Assembly: GCA_947041945.1 (NCBI GenBank)
Contig: CAMREV010000005.1
Span: 3,501-67,500 of the forward strand
Reading direction: 5' to 3'
DNA: 64,000 nucleotides
From: an uncultured Mycoplasmataceae bacterium
GTDB lineage: Bacteria; Bacillota_I; Bacilli_A; Mycoplasmatales; Mycoplasmoidaceae
Both the position numbers and the translations under genes were made by a program. The notes beneath the pieces are model-generated. The model made no database searches. It was not told the DNA's origin and was given only the letters and a program-made list of their open reading frames with translations. Below, piece by piece: positions 22,708 through 35,466 of the stretch. Numbering within the stretch: position 1 is the first letter of the stretch; every line of letters starts with the position of its first letter.

Positions 22708-25125
22708 TTATGAATGAATTTTTTTTGCAATTGGTTTATCTTTTTTATTTATGAAAATTTCATTATATATTTCATCATATTCGCTTACTAATCTTATATC
22801 TACTTTTTTCAATACTTCTTTTGGAATATCATCAATATATCTTTCATCATCCTTAGGAATAAATATTTTTACTACTCCACCTCTTACAGCAGAGATAGTT
22901 TTTTCTTTAACTCCACCAATGATTAAAACTTTACCTCTTAAAGTAATTTCACCTGTCATAGAAATGTTTGTTGGAACAGGTCTATTTGTTAATGAAGAAA
23001 TAATTGCAGTAGTTAGTGTAACACCTGCAGAAGGACCATCTTTTGGAACTCCACCAGTTGGAACGTGTATGTGAATATCATTTTTTTCAAAAACTATTGG
23101 ATCTATTCCATATTTTTCAGCATTTGCCCTTACAAAAGCTAATGCTACTCCGGCAGATTCTTTCATGGTTTCTTTTAAATTACCAGTCACTTGAATTTTT
23201 CCTTTACCTTTATAGAAAGTAACTTCTATTGGTAATAAATCTCCACCATAACTTGTATAAGCCATACCATTAACGATTCCAGCTATTACATTATCATCTT
23301 TTGCAGTATAGTCAAAAATTTCCTTTTTTAAATAGTACTTAACTCTATCTTCTGTTATACAATCTTTACTAATTTTACTTTTTAATTTACTAACTAAGAA
23401 TTTTCTTGAAATTTCTCTTATTTTTCTTTCAATTTCTCTAACACCAGCTTCTCTAGTATATCTTTTTAGAATATAATTTATACCTTCTTTGCTAAAGCTT
23501 AAATTACCATCAGTAATCTCTGATTCTTCCAATATTTTAGGTATTAAATGTTTCTCACAAATTGATAATTTTTCATTGTCAGTATAAGAATCTAATCTAA
23601 TTATTTCTAATCTATCTCTTAGTGGTTCAGGAATATTTTCTTCATAGTTTGCAGTTGCAATAAATAAAACATTTGATAAATCATAATCCTCTTCAATATA
23701 GTTATCACTAAATCTTGAGTTTTGTTCAATATCTAATATATCAAGTAATGTCGAAGATGGATCTCCTCTTTGATCACTACTTAATTTATCAATTTCATCA
23801 AGTAAAAATAATGGGTTAATAACACCAGCTTTTTTCATTTCTTTTATTATTCTACCAGGCATTGAACCAATATATGTTTTTCTATGCCCTTTTATTTCAG
23901 CTTCATCTCTCATTCCACCAAGTGAAACTTTTACAAACTTTTTATTCAAAGATTCTGCAATTGATCTTGCTAGTGAAGTTTTACCAACCCCTGGAGGACC
24001 AACTAAACAAATTATTGAACCTTTTGATTTTGCTGAGTTCATTCTAATTGCAAGATATTCTATAACTCTTTCTTTTACTTTTTCAAGTCCATAATGATTT
24101 TTTTCAAGAACTTTTTCAACTTTAAGAATATCTTTTACATCTTCTGTCTTTTGTCATCAAGGTAGATCAACAATTCAATCAATATATGTTTTTATTAATG
24201 ATGTTTCATTTGAGTTTGATGAAACTTCCATTCTACTTATTTCAGAAAGAAGTCTACTCTTTATATGTTCTGGATATGGGTTATTTTTAATTTTTTCTCT
24301 TAGTTTATCAGCATCATCTTCTTTTGAAGTTATATCACCCAATTCTTCTTTAATAGTTCTTATTCTTTCTCTTAAATAAAATTCTTTTTGTTGTTTAGAA
24401 AGGTTTTTATTTATTTTTTTAGAAATATCAGCTTCAATTTTTTGAGAATCAGATTCTGGGATTGATTGTGCTAAAAACTTATTCAATCTTTCATTTGGAT
24501 TTAATAACTCTAATAACTCTTGTTTTTCACTAAAAGTACTAGAAAGTAATGAACAAATAAAATCAATTGAATCAGTCGAAATTGAATCTTTTTTAAATTT
24601 CTTTTCTACTTCTTTAAAATTAATATTTTTATCTTTTAATAAATCTTCCTTTAAATCTTCAAATAAATTTAATGCAATTTTTTTATTTTCTTCTGTTAAT
24701 TTTATTCTTGTTTCAAATGGAACATATTGAATCATATCGTATCCATCTTTTGATTCAATTTTCTTCATTTGAATTCTAGAAATACTTGATAAAGATATTT
24801 TTAAATTATCTTTGTCTTCCATTTTATCAATTGTTACCTTACATAGAGTTCCTATTGAATAAATATCAGAATTTTTAGGTGTATCTAAACTTGGATCCTT
24901 TTGAGATAAAATAACAATCATTCCATCATAATTAGCAATAGCTTTTTTTACAGCTTTTACAGATTTTGATCTTCCTACCTCAATTTTTTCAACAACTCCA
25001 GGAAATAAAATAATTCCTCTAGTTACTAAAAGTGGTAGTACTCTTTTATCAGGAGTAGTTTTTTTTGTTGTTATTTCTTTTTTATCATCCTTTTTTGTTG
25101 GACTTTTTATATTTTTTTTACTCAT
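22708..25125 (-). CDS. lon: ATP-dependent Lon protease
   Basis: Pieces 24175..25125 and 22708..24042 share a frame joined by the TGA at 24175. It has Walker A GPPGVGKTS and the protease catalytic region ..PKDGPSAGVT.. Confidence 0.95.
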
Positions 25126-25148
25126 AATATTAATCTATACTTTCTTTT

Positions 25149-26456
25149 TTATTTAGTTGCATTTTCAATTAGAAAATTTATTGTTTTACTAAAAACTAAT
25201 TTTTCTCTTAAAATTTCTAAAGTTTCTTCAGGTAATTTCTTTAAATCTTCTAACTTCATTCCTTCACTTTTAGAAATATCTTCTAAATATGAATCAAATT
25301 CTTTATCTGAAACAGCAATGTTTTCTTTTTCTGAAATCTCAATAATTGCATATTTTATTTTTACATTATCAACTGCTTGTTTTTTAATGTCATTATAGAA
25401 AGTGTCTTTGTCTTGATTTGAAAATTTTAGAAAAGTATCAATATCAATCTTTGAAGCTGAAAGCATATTTTTGTATTCGGATTCAATTGTTCTTGCTTCT
25501 TGTTCTACAGAAAAATTATCTTCATGACTCAATTCACTCATATCCGCAATTTCTTTGAAAAGCTTAACTTTTAAATCTTTTTCTACTCTATCTTTTTTTT
25601 CTTTTTCCATTTTTGTTTTTAAAAATGTGTCAAATTCTTTTGTTGTAGAAACATTATCTATTTTTAAAGATTTTACAAAATCATCATCATATTTTGCAGA
25701 TTTCTTATGCTTTATGTCATTTATTTTTACATTAAAAACAACATCTTTTCCTGCAACTTTTTTTTCATGATAATCTTTAGGAAATTTTAAATCTAATTTT
25801 TTTTCTTCACCTAATTTAATACCAATCATTTTTTCTTCAAATCCCGGAATAAACTGATTAGATCCTATTTCTAATTCATAATTTTTACTAGAACCTTTTT
25901 CCATTTTTTCATTATCAATTAATCCTTCAAAATCAAAAATTACAAAATCACCTTTTTCAATTTTTTTGTTTTCTTTTGGAACTAATTCAGAGTTTCTGTT
26001 TAAATATTTTTGTTTTTCATCATTAATTTCTTTTTCTGTTATTTCTTTATCTGCTTTAAAAGATATTTTCTTATAATCACCGATTTTAACAGTTGGTATT
26101 TTTTTGAATACAAATGATAGTGAAAGTTTTTTTTCATCTACACTATCCACATTTAATGTAGGTTTTTCATTTAATAAAGAATCTTCTAATTCAAGAAATT
26201 GTTTTTCTGCAATTAAAAATCTATTGATATTGTGAACTTGCATGTTTACAGCTCTTTCAATTATTTCCCCTTGAGAAACAAAGCCTTTAGCTTTTTCAGT
26301 ATGTGCTGGAGTTCCTGGTCTAAAGCCTCCAGGAATTTTTAAATTTTTTGCTAAATTTTTAAATGCCTTTTCTTGCATTTTACTTCATTCAGGATTTTCT
26401 ATATCAATTAAAAAAGAAATTTCTTTTTCATTGTTATTTACTTTGACTATTTTCAT
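25149..26456 (-). CDS. tig: Trigger factor
   Basis: ORF 25149..26378 extends through TGA to ATG 26456. It has the ribosome-binding ..GFRPG.. motif and an FKBP-like middle domain. Confidence 0.9.
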
Positions 26457-26505
26457 TTTATAAACCTCTATCTAATAAGGAAATTATAATTTAAAATAAA
26501 CAAAA

Positions 26506-26958
26506 TTATTTAATTATTAATTTAAATTTTGATAAATATTTAACATATTTATTTGTTCGAGGTGTTAATTCAATTTTAATGCTTATTTCATCATTTGATA
26601 ATACCTTGAAAAATATATTTGAATATAGTTCATTAAATGAATACTTTATGCTTTTTGAATGATTAACTATTTCTTCTACTACTAAAGGTAGATTTTTTTT
26701 AATTAAGTAAGAATCAAAATATTTCAAATAACCATTTACTGAATTTTCAATTTTTATTAATGAATTAATATTGTCATTTTCCAAAACTTCCTCTTCAAAT
26801 GAAATGTTTTTTATTTCAAGATCATTGTTTTCTAGTAAGTTTTTATTTGGATTTGGATTTATTACAAATGATAAAAAAACAGAAAGAGATGTAACAAAAA
26901 TTATTGAACTTAATGATAAAATTATGGCTTTTCTTTTATTAAATTTTTTCATAATCAT
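26506..26958 (-). CDS. Hypothetical membrane-anchored or secreted protein (150 aa)
   Basis: Complete ORF with an N-terminal basic stretch plus a hydrophobic helix (KRKAIILSLSSIIFVTSLSVFLSF). It is the last gene of a 3-gene unit. Confidence 0.6.
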   Translation of the reverse strand: MIMKKFNKRKAIILSLSSIIFVTSLSVFLSFVINPNPNKNLLENNDLEIKNISFEEEVLENDNINSLIKIENSVNGYLKYFDSYLIKKNLPLVVEEIVNHSKSIKYSFNELYSNIFFKVLSNDEISIKIELTPRTNKYVKYLSKFKLIIK

Positions 26959-27973
26959 TTATCTCATTACTTTCTTCTTCATAATTTACTCATGAAGAAT
27001 CATTAATGTTAAAATCATTTTTTAGTGATATAAAATAATTTTTTCCAAGAACATTTAAATTAAAGTTTACAGTGTAATATCCAAATGTTTTAAATGGAAA
27101 AATTAATCCTAAATTATTTTCAACTTTTTCAAATTCTTTTAATTCAAAGTTATATAAATATCCATAGTTTAAAAACATGTTGTAAACATTATTAATAACA
27201 GCAGACTCAAATTGTTTAATTGAGATTTTTTTTGTTCCATTTTTTTCATAATTAAATTCAATTTCAAATTTATTTATTGAAATATTTATGTTTTTTGTTT
27301 TAATTGAAAAAAGTTTATAAAATCTTTCATCATCATAATAATTTGGCAAAGAAAAATCTATAGGTATTGTTTCACTTTTTCTAAAACCATTTGAATCAAA
27401 ACAGCTTGATATAGGAACATTATATCTTCCTGATTGTTCAACAATTAATGTATTTGAATATTCAAAGAATGCTTCAATATTTTTTGATCTAACTTCATAG
27501 AAAAATTGATTTAAATCTTCATTTGTTGAAACAAATCCATATTCATTCAATATTTTTACATCAATATCAAAATCAAAATTTATTTTTATGTTTTCTTTTA
27601 AAATGCTTCTATTAAAATATGAATTTTCAGAAATATCTATTTCTAATGTGGCTTTGTATTTTTTTGCAAGTTCTTTTGGATAATTTGATATGTTTTCTGT
27701 AATTTCTGTATCAACTTCATAAATAATAATATTTCCTACTTCTTGACCAGGAAAACTAAGATTCATTAGTAATGTGCCAATTGGTAGTTTACTTTTAGAT
27801 ATAGCATTAATTTCAAACTCAAAAAATAACTTTGTATCATTATAGTTTATTTTCGATTTAACATATGTAACATCAAAGAATTTTTTCAATCAATTGTGCT
27901 CATTTTTAGAATCAAGTTTTTCTAGATAATAATCATTTGCTATTTCATTTATATAGATTTGATTGTTTATCAT
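26939..27973 (-). CDS. Hypothetical protein (344 aa), no recognisable motif
   Basis: ORF 26990..27889 extends on both sides through TGA codons (27890, 26990). ATG is at 27973 and TAA at 26939. It overlaps both neighbours. Confidence 0.6.
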
Positions 27974-28278
27974 TTTCAAAAATCCATAAAATTATTTGAA
28001 GCTCTTCTAAGTTTTCAGTAATAAGTTGAAATTGAATAATTTAACTCTTCTTTTTCTTTATTGTCAATGAAAATATTTTTTAATATTCATCTATCTTCTT
28101 TATCTAGTTGTTTTAAGATTTTATCTATAAAAGAAATGTATTTGTTATATTCCTCTAATTCTTTTATTGTGATTTTATCTCCTTTTTTATTTATGTAATC
28201 GTAATTTTCTATCATTAGCTTATTTCTTCTGTATAAATAGAAAACCTCTCTTACCTCTTTTATTATATTATTTGTCAT
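27967..28278 (-). CDS. Small sigma-70 region-4-like / ArpU-like HTH protein (103 aa)
   Basis: ORF 28087..28278 reads through TGA codons to TAA 27967. The C-terminus ..DRWILKNIFIDNKEKEELIIQFSTYYWKLRRASNNF.. resembles region 4.2 of sigma-70 or phage ArpU regulators. A strong SD (AAGGGGGA) lies upstream. Confidence 0.45.
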
Positions 28279-28416
28279 TTCTTCCCCCTTTATATAAAAT
28301 GTATAATAATTTTTATATATATAATTTAATTTAAAAAACTTTAAAAATCAATGGTAAAAAAGGGTACAAAATAAAAAAAATTAAAATTGTAAATTTTAAT
28401 TTTTTATTTTATCATT

Positions 28417-29340
28417 TTAGTAGTTTTTTTGCAAAAAACTTAGAAAAGCAATCATTGCTGCATTATCACATGAGTATTTTTTTTCTGGAAAAATGTATAT
28501 ATTATTAGAAGTACTTATTTTATTTCTAAAATATTTATTTGCAGAAACTCCACCACCAATAGATATTATTTTACTTTTAGTTTCTCTTGAATAGTGCTCT
28601 ATTTTTGAAATTAAATATGTAATTGCTCAATATTGAAAATTAGATGCTAATTCAATTTGATTAACTTTTTCGGATTGCTCTATTATTTTTTTTATTTTGC
28701 TTTTTATTCCTGAAAAAGAAAAGGGTTCTGTTGCAAGAGGTATTCTATATTTTTCTGTAATTGAATTTTCATTAAATACTTCATCAATAGAAGGTCCACC
28801 AGGATATGGAAGATTTAAATATCTTCCTATCTTATCATAAGCTTCTCCCAATGCATCATCGCTAGTTGAATTCAAAACTTCTATTTTTGTGGGACTTGAA
28901 ACTTTAAACAATGATGTTGTTCCGCCAGAAACAATCAATGAAATAAATGGATATTCTATTTTTTCTGAATTGTTTATAAATGGACTAAATATATGAGCAT
29001 GAATGTGATCAATTTCCATTAACTCTACATTTAAATATCATGAAAGTGTTTTCGCGAATATTTTGCCTATATGTAAACAAGTTGGTAAACCAGGATTTGA
29101 TGTGTATGAAATTAAATTAACATCACTTATATTTATCTTTGATTCATCTAGCATTTTATTAAATGAAATCATTATATTTTTAACATGTTCTCTGCTTGCA
29201 ATTTCAGGAATAATTCCTCCAAATTCAGCAAGTTTTTTTTCTGATGAAATAGTTATGCAAGATATTACTTGATCATTTTTTAATAGTGATAAACTTGTAT
29301 CATCACAACTTGTTTCAATTCCAATTATATAATAATTCAT
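28417..29340 (-). CDS. tsaD: tRNA N6-adenosine threonylcarbamoyltransferase TsaD
   Basis: Pieces 29038..29340 and 28627..29019 share a frame joined by TGA, with TAA at 28417. It has ..GIETSCDDTS.. and ..HIHAHI.. motifs. Confidence 0.9.
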
Positions 29341-30611
29341 TAGAGACTATTCTTTGTAAATAAATATGCAATTAACATATTTGATTTTTGCAAATTTGTT
29401 ATTGTGTCTTCTATTTTATTTAGTGGATTAGTTGTAGGTATTTTGAATGCAGCAATTGCTCTTTCAAGTAAAGAAGGATCTTTTGTTAAAGAAGAAAAAT
29501 AACCTGTTGGATCTGATGCATAATCATACAATGCCTTAACGGGAGAAGTATACATAACAAACTTGAAATTTGAAAATGCAAGGCTTTTTTCATCTATTAC
29601 TTTTTCAGTAATTCCGTTTAAAGCTATATCGCCTATCATTTTATAAATATTTGTTCTATTGGCAACACTATTTTTATTAATAACAATCATGTCTAATGCT
29701 AAATTTGATCCAGTTGTTGGTCTTACAAAATCCACTTTAACATTTTTTGGATCATCTCCACCAAACATAGAGTAAATTACATCACCATTATACATAAACC
29801 CAAAACTTGAACCATTAGGATGAGCCAAATCATTAAGAACATTTCCTGAATCAGAATTAAATATCATTTGATTATTCTTGAAAAAACTGGTCAAGAATGA
29901 GAAAACCTTTTGAAAATCTTTAATACTATTTTCATTTAATAATGGATTTACATTATTATTTGAATCTTGAACTAATTTTCCTAAACTATATATTGTTCTA
30001 GGATCATCAATAGAAATACCTCTTGAAACATTTGTTGAATTTGGATCATTTATTAGTTTTTGTAGTTCAACTAGCACTTCTTTTCAATTATTAAAATTAT
30101 TTAGATTTGTAAATTTTAATTTTTCGCTTTTATAACCTAAAATAAAATCTTGTAAAAAGTATGGGATTGCATAGTCCAAAAGATTGTCATTTGCTCCATC
30201 TCCATCAAAATCATATCCCAATAATATTGGATGAATTTCAGGAATAAATAAATTTAAAGCTTCTGTTGAATTCTTAATTTGCACACCACTAAATATTATA
30301 TTTAAATCTGATCATCTAATTTTTTCTAATTCATTTCTTTTGATTAGTTCGATCACAGCATAAGAAGAAGAAACTGCAATATCATAATTATTTTTAAATT
30401 CTCTCAATAAAGCTTCATTGTTTTTATATGATTTAAATTCAGCATTATGTTGTCTTGAAACTTCATTAATTACATCAGGACTCATATAACTTTGAAAATT
30501 ACCAAAATAAATTTTATTACCACTAAGACTGCAAGAAGCAAGCAATGGTATAGATAATGCTGAAATAACTAATGTTGAAATTCCCAATAAGGTCTTTTTA
30601 AATTTTCTCAT
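29340..30611 (-). CDS. potD: Spermidine/putrescine ABC transporter substrate-binding lipoprotein (PotD-like)
   Basis: Pieces 30312..30632, 30084..30284 and 29340..30077 share a frame joined by TGA. It has a lipobox LLASC after a signal peptide and lies downstream of potABC. Confidence 0.75.
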
Positions 30612-31443
30612 TTTTTCTACCCTTTTTTTCAATATGAATTTTTCTTACCATCATTATAATTGTGAAGGTTAATGAAATAATTACTATTATTGCACCAAAA
30701 GTTACTATTCATGCTTTTATACCTTTATTTGATTCAAAAATTGTTGTGCCAATTGTCGAAAAGTTTCCATTAACCAATGAAGTGATAATGAAATCATCAA
30801 AACTTAATGTTGTAACCAATACAAAGGCTGTAATTATTGAAGATCTTAAAAATGGAATAACAATATTAATATATGTTTTAAATTTTGATCATCCAAGATC
30901 CATGCTTGCAAAAATTAAAGATGCTTTAAACTTTGACATTCTTGGATAGATTGCCATTATTGCATATGGAGTACAAAAAGAAATATGAGCTACAACTACT
31001 GTAAAGTAGCCAAAGTTCTGTCCAAGTGATAGTCAAACTAATGAAAATAAAACAGAAAGGGTAACCCCAGAAATAATATCAGGTATTGCAATATCAAATT
31101 TAGTAAAGTTCAAAAATGTATTTTTAATTCTTGTATTGCTCCCTCATATTCCTAATGAAGTTACTAAGGCAATTATTAATGAAACTGGAACAACAACAAT
31201 TGAAACTAAAATCGAATTCATAAAAGCATTTAAAAATTCATTATTTTTAAATATTTCTATATAATTTTCACCTGTCATTTGATTAAAGTTATCAAGAATA
31301 TTTCCTCTTGAACTTTGACCAGCAAAACTAAGCAATACTATAAAAATTAAAGGAGTATAAATTAAAAAAATAATTATATAAATGTATCATTTTTTTCAAA
31401 AATTTATCATGCTTGTTTTATCAAAACTTATTCTACTAAACAT
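30598..31443 (-). CDS. potC: Spermidine/putrescine ABC permease PotC
   Basis: Hand translation through several TGA codons includes ORF 31144..31335. ATG 31443 follows a GGGAGG SD, and TAA is at 30598. The product is a multi-TM permease. Confidence 0.8.
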
Positions 31444-32285
31444 TATTTTTTTCCTCCCACAAAGTTAACTATTTTTTTAGGTATAAAGTAGCACAATAAA
31501 TATATTCCCATTATTAGTAAACTCATTACAATACTAATTGATGAAATTCTTGCTAGTGCAATATTACTACTATTTGAATCCAAACCTAAATCAAATATTC
31601 AGTCTCCAATTAAACCACCATCATTTGAATTATTTACAAATGATGTAATTCCCGTTGCAGTTAGTGAAGGTAAGAATACCAAAAAAGTACCCATTAGTAA
31701 ACCCGGAAGAATATATGGTATGACAACAAAAATTAAAGTTTGAAATGAATTTCTTCCCAAATCTTTACTAGCAAGTAATAAATTTTTAGGCATAGTTTCA
31801 GCAATATTTAATATTGATAGAATAAATATTGGCAAATTTAAATACACCAATGTAATAATTGTGTATATCTGTCCAAATGTACTATTTGGCATTCCATTTG
31901 CTGTATCAAAAAATGTTTTAATACCAATTATTTTTATTAGCATACTTAATCACATTGGAGCAGTCAACACTATTACAACCAACGTTTTAAAAATACTTGA
32001 ATTTATTTGAGACAGAAATAAACCAAAAGGCATTCCTATTAACATGCACAAAATTGTAACTGTTATTGCTATTCCAATTGATATCAATATTTTTTCTCAA
32101 ACAGCTGAACCTAATCAATTTCAGTTATCTTCTACAGGAATATTTGTTCCATCAGTATTTACATTTGGTGTTAAAGAAATTACAATCAAAATAATTGAAG
32201 GAATTATTAGAAAAAATAATAATAAAATTGAAAACGGAATTAACTTATTGAAATTTTTATTTCATGTAAACTTTTTCTTATTCAT
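31443..32285 (-). CDS. potB: Spermidine/putrescine ABC permease PotB
   Basis: Includes ORF 31599..31943. ATG is at 32285, and the TAA at 31443..31445 overlaps the potC ATG by 1 nt. Confidence 0.8.
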
Positions 32286-33885
32286 TTTCTTCACCCATTA
32301 AATGCATATCTTCGATGTCTCAACTTAGATAAATATTTTTTCCTACTTCTATTTTATTTATCGATTCAACATTAAGTTGAATATTGTTTCAAATACATTT
32401 TGCTTCTCATAGTAAGCCTTTGTATGTAATAGATTCAACTTTTGCTGATATTAATGCTTTGTTTTTTTCAACAATATCAAAATCTTCTGGTCTAATCATT
32501 ATTTTTACATCTGATTTTATTTTGAAATTTTTATATTCACTTGAATATTTAAAGTTTGTTCCATTTATGTCTACTGTAAGATTTTTATTAATTTTTCCAC
32601 TTAAAATATTTGCTTGTCCAATGAACTTAGAAACTCATACATTAGATGGTCTATCATATATTTCCTGAGGAGTTCCAATTTGCTTAATTTCTCCAGAATC
32701 CATTACAACAATTTTGTCAGATAAAACCAATGCTTCTTCTTGATCATGAGTTACTAATATAAAAGTAATACCAAGTTCTTTATGCAGTCTTTTTATTTCA
32801 AATTGCATTTGCTTTCTTACTTTTGCATCAAGCGCACTTAATGGTTCATCTAAAAGTAAAATCTCTGGTTCAATTACTATTGCTCTTGCAAAAGCAACTC
32901 TTTGTTTCATTCCACCAGATAGGTTTTGAGGTAATAATTTATTTTTACCTTCAAGACCAACAAGCTTAATTACTTTTTCAACTTCAATTTTTATTTCATC
33001 TTTTGTAATTTTTCTAGTTAATATTTTTTTCTCTAATCACTCAGCTTCTTCGTCTGGATAATTTTGTCAATATGAAATTCAGTAATCTAAGTCATTATAT
33101 TTATTTTCTAAAACTTCAATTTTTATTCTTAGTTCTTCAGCTAATCTAAACTTCTTTTTGTTTTTAAGAAAATCTATAATTAATACTAGTTCATCTTTAT
33201 TAGTATCAATTTCTTTAGAAGAATATTTTATAAATTTGTTTATTCCTAATTTAAATAAAGCACCATTTATTGCTTCATAAAATTTTATTTTCGTTGGAAT
33301 ATATGAATAAATATCTTTGTTAAAAATTTTTTTAAAATCGCTTTCAATTTTTTCAATTTTTTTGTCAAATTCTTCATGAGAAATTTTACTCAATGAAAGT
33401 AGAGTTTGATCATTATTAATTTTTATATTTATTTTTTCTATTTCTTTTCTTAAATGTAACTGACTTTTTTCAAGAGATTTAATTTTAGATTGTGATTTTT
33501 TCAAGTATTCTTTTACTTTTTTATCAACTTCCTTATATACATCTTTAGAAAGATTTTCAATTGGTTTTCTCATGATTTTTAAACCATATGAAATGTTTTC
33601 TTCAACATTCATATTAGGAAATAATGCATAGTCTTGAAAAACTGTTACACTTGATCTTCTTTGGATTTTTAAATCTTTAATATCTATATTATTTGTTAAT
33701 ATTTTTCCTGAGTCTGGATTTTCAAAACCAGCCAATAATTTTAATAATGTAGTTTTACCACATCCTGAAGGTCCTAACAGGGTAACAAATTCACCTTTTT
33801 CAATTTCCAAATCAAAATTTTTAATTACATAATTTTCATTATATTTTTTTGATATATTTTTTATTTGAAGTAATATTTTTTTCAA
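32278..33885 (-). CDS. potA: Spermidine/putrescine ABC ATPase PotA with a large internal insertion
   Basis: Pieces 33079..33885 and 32635..32910 share a frame. It has a TTG start after an AGGAGAG SD, Walker [11 protein letters not shown]-loop VFQDYALFP, signature LSGGMKQR and Walker B LLLDEP. TAA is at 32278. Confidence 0.9.
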
Positions 33886-33908
33886 TACTTTTACTCTCCT
33901 ATTAAAAA

Positions 33909-34736
33909 TTATTTTTTATTTATTACAAAATTGTTCATTGAATATGCAAATGAGTTTCTCTTAGTAGTTACTTCATCTGCTAATTCAATAAGTTTTTCTG
34001 ATGATGGTTTTATTCCAATTTTATAACCAACTTGTTCAAACATTGTAACATCATTATTTGAATCTCCAAATGCAACTATATTTTCTTTGTTTATATTATA
34101 TTTCTTTGCTATGAATTTGATTGCTTCACCTTTGTTGCAATCTTTATTGGTTATTTCTATTGCCCTTTTAGAAGTTTGAACATAATCAATTTCACCAGAA
34201 AATTCTTCTCCTAGTGCTTTTCAAGCTTTTTTTATTTTGTTTTTATTAAAAGATAAAAATAATATTTTAAGAGTATCATTTTTGAAACAATATTTTTCTT
34301 CATTCAGCTCCATTATTTTTCCATAATTGAATTTAGCAACGATTTTTCTTGCTGGCAATTTTTTAGTGTATATATATTTATTTTTTATTCCATCAATTGA
34401 ATATATTCATATTGCAATATTAACTTTTTTTTGTATTTCAATTATTCTTTTGAAAATTTCATCTGACATGCATTGAGAAAATACAATTTCTTTTTCTTTT
34501 AAATCATAAATTAAAGCTCCATTTAAAGAAACTATAAAATCATTATCTGTCTTTGTATAATTCTCTATAATTTTGTTATAAACTAGAGCCGAAACTAATC
34601 ATCTTCCAGTACAAATAAAAACTTTGCCACCAAGATCTTGATAGTTTTTAATAGATACTAAAGATTTTAAACTGATTTTCCCATTATAGTCTAGTAAAGT
34701 ATGGTCTAAATCTATTGCTGCTCAATGATATTTCAT
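33909..34736 (-). CDS. Cof-type HAD-superfamily phosphatase
   Basis: Absent from the ORF track because TGA splits it into pieces under 60 aa. Hand translation gives MKYHWAAIDLDHTLL.. (DxDxT motif I) and ..GDSNND.. (motif IV). It spans 276 codons in frame from ATG 34736 to TAA 33909. Confidence 0.75.
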
Positions 34737-34830
34737 ATTAATTCCTATTAAAATAAGTATGCTTATTTATAACACTTTTTTTTATTAAAAATTAGTTTTT
34801 TTATAATAAAAAAATATAATAAATATACAT

Positions 34831-35466
34831 ATGAAAATATCAGTAAAAAAAATATCTATTTCAGCAATGCTTTTATCACTGGCAGTAATCTTTAATTACA
34901 TTTCAACTTTTATTCCTTTTTTTGCATTTGCTTTTCTAAATGTAGATTTGTCTATCGCTTTTGTTTTGCTTTCTTTTCACTTAATTGGTTATTGAAATTC
35001 ATTTTTTATTTGTTTTGCAATAGGTTTATTTAGTATTGGATGGTCTACAACTGGTGTTATTGGCCCTGCAATATTAATTATTTCTAATTTAGCTTTTATT
35101 ACAATATATTTTCTTTTTTCAAAATTGATTAGAGGACAAAAATTTCAAATATTAAATTTATTCAATGCAATAATAGCCAATTCTATATTTCTTGCTTTTC
35201 TTAATGGAATTTTTTTCACTCCATTATTTCTTTATGTTTTCACAGATGTAAAAACAATCAACTTCATAGAAATTTCAAATAACTATAATAGCGGGCTTTG
35301 ATTCGAAAAGTTGAAAATTTATTTTATGTTTATTCCAAATTATTGATTGGGAACATTTTCTTTATATGTTTCATTTAATTTGTTTAAATTCTTAATTGGT
35401 GGAATTGCATTTATAATTTTAAAAAATATGATTGAAAGAAACGATCTTTTGAATAACAAAAGTTAA
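34831..35466 (+). CDS. Multi-pass membrane protein, ECF-transporter S-component-like
   Basis: Absent from the ORF track because of 3 in-frame TGA codons. Hand translation from ATG 34831 to TAA 35464..35466 gives 211 aa with about 6 hydrophobic helices and no in-frame TAA/TAG. Confidence 0.5.
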
